From: a virus
Direction: 5' to 3' (one strand)
DNA length: 64,000 nucleotides
Virus record (IMG/VR): IMGVR_UViG_3300037264_003921
Location: 1 to 64,000 of that record
Every line of letters begins with the position of its first letter. Within the stretch, counting starts at the first letter, position 1. Shown piece by piece: positions 57,933 to 64,000 of this stretch. The notes beneath the pieces were generated by a model. That model ran no database searches. It saw nothing but the letters and a program-made list of their open reading frames with translations, and had not been told where the DNA came from. The translations under genes were made by a program, and so were the position numbers.

Positions 57933-59158
57933 TATACTTTCCTACTTGAAGCATCAAAATCTAATCTAGATAGATAGCAGTCTGTCGTCCATATACTACG
58001 AGTAACTACATGATGGAATCCATATACAAGCCACCTGCCACTAAGAAAATAAGGCTCCCCATCAATGTCTTTCCAGCTTACAGTTGCTGTTGCTACTCCA
58101 AGCTTACTACTATCATCAAACATATAGTCACCAGTCACTTTCAATCTCATGCGCATTACAAGATTCAACATATTCATGAATAAACCACGCGCACGACCAT
58201 CAACATATTTGCTATACTTTATTCCAATGTCGCCAGCACTGTGCTCTGGTATAGCCATAATACTTGTAGCCCACTTTTTCTCTGGTTTTTTAAACCCTTG
58301 GCTTTGCGTTATATCAACATTTGCCTTATTTGATGTGTTTTCGTCTTTGACTATCACAACCTGTTCGCTGGTATCTGTGATTTTATCTAGATATTCACCA
58401 GAGATTGCTGATATGCCAGAGGTGATCAATTTTGATTGTAGTGGGCTGATAAAATTATCAGCAAGCATTTCATAATATAAAACATCTTTGCCAGTATTGT
58501 CATTACGATTAAGATGATAAACTCCAAAATCATGTGGCTGTAAATCAGCTTGTTCTTTTATTATTAATTTCTCATCAACACTAGCAACAATCCAATGCGT
58601 CTTCTTAGGAGTCACACCAGCAGACCAGTCTAGTAACGACTTGATGAACGTCTTCGGATCCTGGCGCATCATCCACCAGATATTTTCCTTATTGTCGTCT
58701 GTCTCAGTTATCTCGAGCGCTATATTTGGAGCATATTCGTTTACAACTTTTGTTATCACTCCAGAGACATTACCTTTATATGCTTTACCATCAGCAATGC
58801 CCGCATTCAAATAAAAACTAGGCGGATCAACAGCGATGAATTCTAATTCGCCAGTCTCTTGGACACCACTAGCATTAAGCGTAGTCATAAATGCAATTCG
58901 CTCTTTTGTTTTATCCCCATTCACCCATTTAATTCTAAATTTAACCTTAGTTTCTTTTAGTCTGCCTTCTTTAAGATATCTCTTAGTGGATATATCTTTT
59001 AAAATATTAAAATATGGATCAGATATTGTCCCGCGTATGATATATCCACCATTTATAAAACTAGCCCATTCAAACTTAAGAAAATTAAATCCAATATCAG
59101 GCCCATCGGCTATTGATATCTCTACGGAAGGTGCATGCGTGGTTTTTGGTTCGCCCAT
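57932..59158 (-). CDS. Baseplate hub (gp27/gpD-like)
   Basis: Position; C-terminal LSGRWLVYGFHHVV. Confidence 0.55.
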   Translation of the reverse strand: MGEPKTTHAPSVEISIADGPDIGFNFLKFEWASFINGGYIIRGTISDPYFNILKDISTKRYLKEGRLKETKVKFRIKWVNGDKTKERIAFMTTLNASGVQETGELEFIAVDPPSFYLNAGIADGKAYKGNVSGVITKVVNEYAPNIALEITETDDNKENIWWMMRQDPKTFIKSLLDWSAGVTPKKTHWIVASVDEKLIIKEQADLQPHDFGVYHLNRNDNTGKDVLYYEMLADNFISPLQSKLITSGISAISGEYLDKITDTSEQVVIVKDENTSNKANVDITQSQGFKKPEKKWATSIMAIPEHSAGDIGIKYSKYVDGRARGLFMNMLNLVMRMRLKVTGDYMFDDSSKLGVATATVSWKDIDGEPYFLSGRWLVYGFHHVVTRSIWTTDCYLSRLDFDASSRKV

Positions 59159-59159
59159 A

Positions 59160-59480
59160 TTATAGTAGCTTCAAATCAAATGTTTTATCAACTTTAAGTC
59201 GGTCTTTCTTAAATTCTCGATATGTTTTATTATAACTCTTGATATTCTCTCTGAACCATTGGATCTTTTCGCCAGTTGACAATTTAGATAGCGTTGACAA
59301 TGCTTTGCGTATTCGTTCTATGTCATCTGTTGGGATGTCCTGACACAGTAGCCCAATATGTCTATCATCACGCTCTAACAACATTAATATTAAATAATAT
59401 TGTGATTTAGTGCCGACTTGATATTGGATCCATTGAAGTGTCATTCGACATTGTATCCATGAATATGTTTGATCTATCAA
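59160..59480 (-). CDS. Hypothetical protein
   Basis: 106-aa ORF. Confidence 0.55.
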   Translation of the reverse strand: MIDQTYSWIQCRMTLQWIQYQVGTKSQYYLILMLLERDDRHIGLLCQDIPTDDIERIRKALSTLSKLSTGEKIQWFRENIKSYNKTYREFKKDRLKVDKTFDLKLL

Positions 59481-59489
59481 TCCTACTAG

Positions 59490-60497
59490 CTATATCGTAG
59501 CTAATAGTCTATTGACGTGCACAGGCGTCGCTAGACCAACATTTGATTTAATATATCCATGTATATCATCACGCCACATCTCATTCCAGTCTTTATACGG
59601 ACGTGGTGGAATCACACATTTAATGTCTATATTGACCACAGATTGTATTAATTCAGCATTTTTTATTATCGACATCACACCTTCCCAATCTCTGTCAGGT
59701 GCCAAAACAACACAATCAGGTCCAAGAGCTCTGACCTTCTTCGCTTGTGGCAATCCCATACTAGCACCACCAGAGGAAACAGCTCCATCACCAATTGTCA
59801 TAGCATTGAAAATCGATTCAACAATAAACACTGACTGACTAGGTTCGGCATTATCAAAACCATACAGGAAACTCTCTTTACCAATCCCAGCAGTTTTTAG
59901 ATCTGGAAATTCGAACGTTTTACTATGAATTGATCTAGATTGCCAATACACTTGTATTCCATATTCATAATATGGAAAATATATCCTATCACCACCATAA
60001 TGCAAATCATGTTTACATGCAATCCCAAGCGTAATTCCTCTAGATTCAAGATAGCTCAATGCAATTTTTTGTATCTTGCTTGATGTGTTATTATCTCTAA
60101 ACGATTTAGAACCTGGTGGCATAGATACATCAGGTATAACATCGTCTTCTGGTTCATCAGAAACTTCTGAATGTGGATGTAATATCGATTTTAGATCAAC
60201 ATCCTGCCCACAGATTTCCTGTATGGCTTCATAGAAAGAAATATTTTTATACTTCTGCACGAATCGTATAAATGAACCGTCATGCTGTTGATGTCCGGGC
60301 CTCCAGTCGTGACAAACACCTTTTACAGTATTGACATTGAATTTAAAATTTATATCCCCATCAAATGGATTATTTAACAAAAGCTCGTCGCCATTATGGC
60401 GACGTTTATAGTCAAAATGCCTCCTGACCCAGTCCTCTATCTGTGACGACTTTAATATTATCCTATTTGATGTATTATACCCCATAGTTATTATCAA
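59490..60497 (-). CDS. DNA primase (gp61/DnaG-like TOPRIM)
   Basis: YLESRGI, RIYFP, YWQSR, IVESIFNA, APDRD, KDWNE. Confidence 0.85.
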   Translation of the reverse strand: MIITMGYNTSNRIILKSSQIEDWVRRHFDYKRRHNGDELLLNNPFDGDINFKFNVNTVKGVCHDWRPGHQQHDGSFIRFVQKYKNISFYEAIQEICGQDVDLKSILHPHSEVSDEPEDDVIPDVSMPPGSKSFRDNNTSSKIQKIALSYLESRGITLGIACKHDLHYGGDRIYFPYYEYGIQVYWQSRSIHSKTFEFPDLKTAGIGKESFLYGFDNAEPSQSVFIVESIFNAMTIGDGAVSSGGASMGLPQAKKVRALGPDCVVLAPDRDWEGVMSIIKNAELIQSVVNIDIKCVIPPRPYKDWNEMWRDDIHGYIKSNVGLATPVHVNRLLATI

Positions 60498-60535
60498 TCA
60501 TTCCCAGCGTATGTTAGATACATTTAATTGTCATT

Positions 60536-61081
60536 ATGAGAAGAGAAACAAGCGCAGAATCATTCCATGTAGATGGCAAATTGCAATTATATGACGAACA
60601 TATCTATCGAACAGACGGTGGACAATTACTGATATTTATAGGCGATTCAGACAAATGGAAAGCCCCATATCCTGGTAAAACATGGGATAATCTATACGAT
60701 ACAGATTTATATAACATTGGGTTGTTTCGTCCTCAGTTTAAAATTTTACCATATCAAGTTATAGGACCAGCATACGAATGGTGCCGAACAGCATTTATAA
60801 AAAATAGCAATAAATTTAATGATTTAATCTTACATGAGAATTTCAATGCTGCATCTAAATTAGTAATCTTCCCAAAATGTGAAAATATAATCAATAATTA
60901 CAAACATTGTTCAATGAAATGCTGGTATCTTGATCTTGCGCAATCGATTATGCACAGTATAGAGCAATCTCAGCACATCATATCAAAACGACCATATAAA
61001 GAAATAATCGACATTCTCAATAGACAGCAGTCGTCACTACAGCAACTGCATATAGTTTATCATAATAAAATAAGTTGGTAG
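60536..61081 (+). CDS. Hypothetical protein
   Basis: 181-aa ORF filling the gap. Confidence 0.6.
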   Translation: MRRETSAESFHVDGKLQLYDEHIYRTDGGQLLIFIGDSDKWKAPYPGKTWDNLYDTDLYNIGLFRPQFKILPYQVIGPAYEWCRTAFIKNSNKFNDLILHENFNAASKLVIFPKCENIINNYKHCSMKCWYLDLAQSIMHSIEQSQHIISKRPYKEIIDILNRQQSSLQQLHIVYHNKISW

Positions 61082-61138
61082 GAGTTGTAATGAATTGTCG
61101 CTTGGCCAAAAATTAAGCGCAATATGCTATCTGAATGA

Positions 61139-61915
61139 CTATGTTATAGTCATTCTTAGATCATCCGAAGTACGCGTCTCTCCATTCGGAAGCAATAGCG
61201 TTATCCTATAAATATAAGTTCCAGCAAGAAACAAATTAGTGTCCAAAGTATATTGAACAACAAACGGGTTAGTTCTATAGGATCCCTGACGAACTCCCAT
61301 TCGACATTGAGCTTGATCGACTAATATTTCACAATTCTCAGTTGTAATACTTATCGTCGCTTGTAATTGTGGGATTATTGGAGCAATACGATTAAAATCA
61401 AAATCATAAAGTGGCAAAGGCATTAGCCCGACTTCTAAAGTCCTGATTTCTGGTTTTCTAAATATTCTATCAAGAGCTTCGAATCCTATCCGTGGAACAA
61501 CCAATCCGTCATCTAAGTAAAATCCCTCTGGAAATACAAAAAATTTATTACATTGCGAGTGCCATAATGTTTCATTATCTAAATCGAAATCAGAACCATT
61601 ACTTGGTCCTGGATCTGACCCTAAAAATCTCCATACATCAATGTACGCCGATGGAGCAACAAAATCTGATGGAATATCAAACACAATAGAAAACGCCCCT
61701 AGTTTATCAGCAACTGGGGTCAATGGTGCTGGATACGATGGGTCGTCAGGGCCGACAATTGGTATCTGCGCGACTAAGCTCTCAGGCTTTTCTGACCCTT
61801 GATATATATCAATTCTTCTTATCGCAAATGGGTCTGTCGGGATCCCATTCTTATAAAATGTTACATTTAGTTCTACTGGCCCGCCAGTGCTTGATGATAT
61901 TCTTGATGCTACCAT
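61139..61915 (-). CDS. Probable virion structural protein
   Basis: 258 aa, beta-rich, in the tail module. Confidence 0.6.
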   Translation of the reverse strand: MVASRISSSTGGPVELNVTFYKNGIPTDPFAIRRIDIYQGSEKPESLVAQIPIVGPDDPSYPAPLTPVADKLGAFSIVFDIPSDFVAPSAYIDVWRFLGSDPGPSNGSDFDLDNETLWHSQCNKFFVFPEGFYLDDGLVVPRIGFEALDRIFRKPEIRTLEVGLMPLPLYDFDFNRIAPIIPQLQATISITTENCEILVDQAQCRMGVRQGSYRTNPFVVQYTLDTNLFLAGTYIYRITLLLPNGETRTSDDLRMTIT

Positions 61916-61951
61916 ATAGTCTTGCGTATCTTTGCTATCAAAAAATACGGA

Positions 61952-62161
61952 TTATATCGGCGGATTACCTGGGCTCTTTGGTATCTTGCCAGTGGCAGCT
62001 GCTGGCGCGGTAGTATTATCTCTCTTATGCTCTTTGTCGGCTCTTTTCAACCACCACTCTCTCTCTTCTGCTGTCATATTAAATTGTTCGTCTAAACTGA
62101 GATTGGCAAAATGTTTAAGCAGAAACGATTCTTCCATTAGATGTCCCCACTCATTTTCCAT
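61952..62161 (-). CDS. Baseplate hub assembly protein (gp51-like)
   Basis: LMEESFLL..FANLS....MTAEEREWW; follows the gp26-like gene. Confidence 0.55.
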   Translation of the reverse strand: MENEWGHLMEESFLLKHFANLSLDEQFNMTAEEREWWLKRADKEHKRDNTTAPAAATGKIPKSPGNPPI

Positions 62162-63053
62162 CGCTTCTGGAGACCGTTGGGCGAAAAAAGCTCTCCGTAA
62201 TCGGAAGCTCCATTCTCATCTCATTAGAGCATGATATGCATTTTATAGTTATCGTAGTGTCTATACTAGGAGACGCTGTACGTAGAAATTCCCTTATTGT
62301 AGCAGTGTCAGATGCATGCATTCGATGGCTAATTAAATCCTTAATCTTAGACCGATCAGCAGATCCCATTGCTTCCATAACGAGCATATTAAGACTTTCC
62401 TCTAATGTGTCATCGATCGATTCAACTTGCCTATTTGGACCTTGGATCTTCTTGGTTGTCTTACGTGTATTGATCATAGCTTGCATATCATACCCACGCA
62501 TTAGACGTACTTTAACCCAAAATTCCGCACCGGCTTTTTTCGTTAAATGCGGTAGTACTACTTTAAACGGCTCTTCTCCTAGTTCTGGTTTTGGTCTATT
62601 AATTGTTTCTGACAATCTATTAAAATCATATTCATGTGTGCTTGCTTCACCACAATCTTCATTCGTACACTTCACGATGAATTCATATATATTGCCATAT
62701 GTGATGCCACGAAGATAATACAGTAAAAATACTCTATCTCCTGCCAATAGATTTAGTGGATCAAAATTTTGACCAGGAAATTTAACACATTTCTTAAATA
62801 AATGGTCGATCGACTTACCAGATTGGGCAAGACGTTGTGTAGCAAGAATCTTTTCAGCAGCTAAGCCCATAGGACGAACCTCAACACGACCATCTGGGAC
62901 TGCGCCATTATAATACAGTCCCTTACTTGGAAGAATAACTTCCTCCCATGGCATAACCTGGTCTTCAGGCATCCGTAACACTAAGTCAAGTAAATCTTGT
63001 GGCTTTGATTCTACTGGTTTGTCTTCTGACATATACAAACTCCTATGATTCAA
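62151..63053 (-). CDS. Baseplate hub subunit (gp26-like)
   Basis: LPSKGLYY, RPM..AEKIL, GDR.FLL..LRGITYG, CxxC pairs, FFRP. Confidence 0.8.
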   Translation of the reverse strand: MNHRSLYMSEDKPVESKPQDLLDLVLRMPEDQVMPWEEVILPSKGLYYNGAVPDGRVEVRPMGLAAEKILATQRLAQSGKSIDHLFKKCVKFPGQNFDPLNLLAGDRVFLLYYLRGITYGNIYEFIVKCTNEDCGEASTHEYDFNRLSETINRPKPELGEEPFKVVLPHLTKKAGAEFWVKVRLMRGYDMQAMINTRKTTKKIQGPNRQVESIDDTLEESLNMLVMEAMGSADRSKIKDLISHRMHASDTATIREFLRTASPSIDTTITIKCISCSNEMRMELPITESFFRPTVSRSDGK

Positions 63054-63089
63054 AATTATTTATCTATGATACTATTGTTGTAGCTTGGA

Positions 63090-63614
63090 TTATTGTGGCT
63101 GTGATGGAGCTTCAATCTCTGCCCAATCATATGACAATATCATGTTAATCAACTTTATCTCACTATTGTCATATGACAACTCACTGTGTGAAATGCTCTT
63201 CGGCCAACTATTCTTCAAAGTAAAAGTAGGCCCAGTTGATTCACCAACTCCATCTGTTAAAATAAAAGAGCTCGTTTTCTTGTAGTCATTAGCAGAATTT
63301 ATTCCTTCGCCGTTTGTATATACTTTATCTTGCCATGTCCTCATATCGCCTATCATACCCATCACATCATAAAATGACAGAGATACATCTTCCCAATTAA
63401 CTGTTTTAGCGAATTTGTATTTAATCGATGCACCGACAACAATCTCTTCTTCGATAGAAAATCCTGGTAATTGTATGCTTTTAGCGTATAACATCGTAGG
63501 CTTATTAATTAATCCCTCTCCAAGAGATGTGATACGCCACCGATGTGATCTGTGTGTAGTTACGGTAATTGACGCTTCTGATGATGCATCAGATCCAATG
63601 TTAAATCCAGGCAT
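63090..63614 (-). CDS. Tail tube-like protein (gp19/gp54 family)
   Basis: LPG, KF...WEDVSLSFYD, DYKK, WP, LSYD...LSYDWA. Confidence 0.8.
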   Translation of the reverse strand: MPGFNIGSDASSEASITVTTHRSHRWRITSLGEGLINKPTMLYAKSIQLPGFSIEEEIVVGASIKYKFAKTVNWEDVSLSFYDVMGMIGDMRTWQDKVYTNGEGINSANDYKKTSSFILTDGVGESTGPTFTLKNSWPKSISHSELSYDNSEIKLINMILSYDWAEIEAPSQPQ

Positions 63615-63662
63615 TTTATATAGTATTCCTATTGTTATGTCTGATAATAGGAATACTAATGT

Positions 63663-64000
63663 TTATTGATCTCTTGTAGCTCTATCGAAGCGCATAGTAA
63701 CTTCAACTAGTTGGATATCTGTATTTGTGTAATCAAGATCTCCCCAATTAGTCTGTTGTGGCCATACGCCTTTCAATGTCCATTGTTCAGATGTAGCACC
63801 TGTACCATCAGTCATTGACAGTTTCGCTTCTTTTTTATATGCTCCTGGTGTGGCAACTGATATAGGGCCTCCACCAGCACCAATGCCACTTGTCGTGACT
63901 GTTGTCACCCACTTAAACATCTGCTCTGATACATCTGGATTCTGTTCAGCGTCATACCATGCTAGGCTGATTGGCTCCCATGACTGTTTACCAGCGAAAT
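63663..64000 (-). CDS. Tail tube protein (gp19-like), 5' part beyond window
   Basis: FAGKQSWEPISLAWYD...YKK...W.LKGVWP..WGDLDY...MRFDRA. Confidence 0.85.
   Translation of the reverse strand, partial: FAGKQSWEPISLAWYDAEQNPDVSEQMFKWVTTVTTSGIGAGGGPISVATPGAYKKEAKLSMTDGTGATSEQWTLKGVWPQQTNWGDLDYTNTDIQLVEVTMRFDRATRDQ

Noticed and set aside
27577-63669. Numerous plus-strand ORFs overlapping core genes (for example 55063..55968 and 32667..33242)
   Set aside because: Antisense to well-supported minus-strand genes, with no recognisable motifs.
1-64000. Genome-wide TAG or TGA reassignment
   Set aside because: Long core genes are intact in code 11, and TAG/TGA end many genes at plausible C-termini (for example capsid, gp5-like, primase); the interrupted genes are isolated cases.

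Overview
64-kb segment of a large, AT-rich T4-like (jumbo-type) myophage, almost entirely on the minus strand. Positions 1-6.2 kb hold a dense RNA-gene cluster: about 19 tRNAs, many non-canonical (two 8/4 Sec-like tRNA-Ser, one with an extended anticodon arm), a tmRNA with tag (A)GKTPLALAA, and two unexplained structured ncRNAs. NADAR, HAD, kinase-like, HNH and 2H-phosphoesterase genes are interspersed. 6-27 kb is accessory. It contains an amber (CUA) suppressor tRNA directly followed by an amber-interrupted Pth2-like gene and an amber-interrupted RGPP mini-ORF, a group II-like reverse transcriptase preceded by a retron-like inverted-repeat ncRNA, an RNA ligase, McsA-, bL33-, TraR- and KpsF-like genes, and a dispersed paralog family. 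27-64 kb is the core module: major capsid, scaffold, a head-cluster gene with in-frame TGA plus a SECIS-like hairpin, prohead protease, portal with two inteins, terminase, late sigma-like factor, UvsW, class II RNR (NrdJ), baseplate, tape measure, primase and tail tube. All calls were made by eye from motifs; no searches or folding programs were run.
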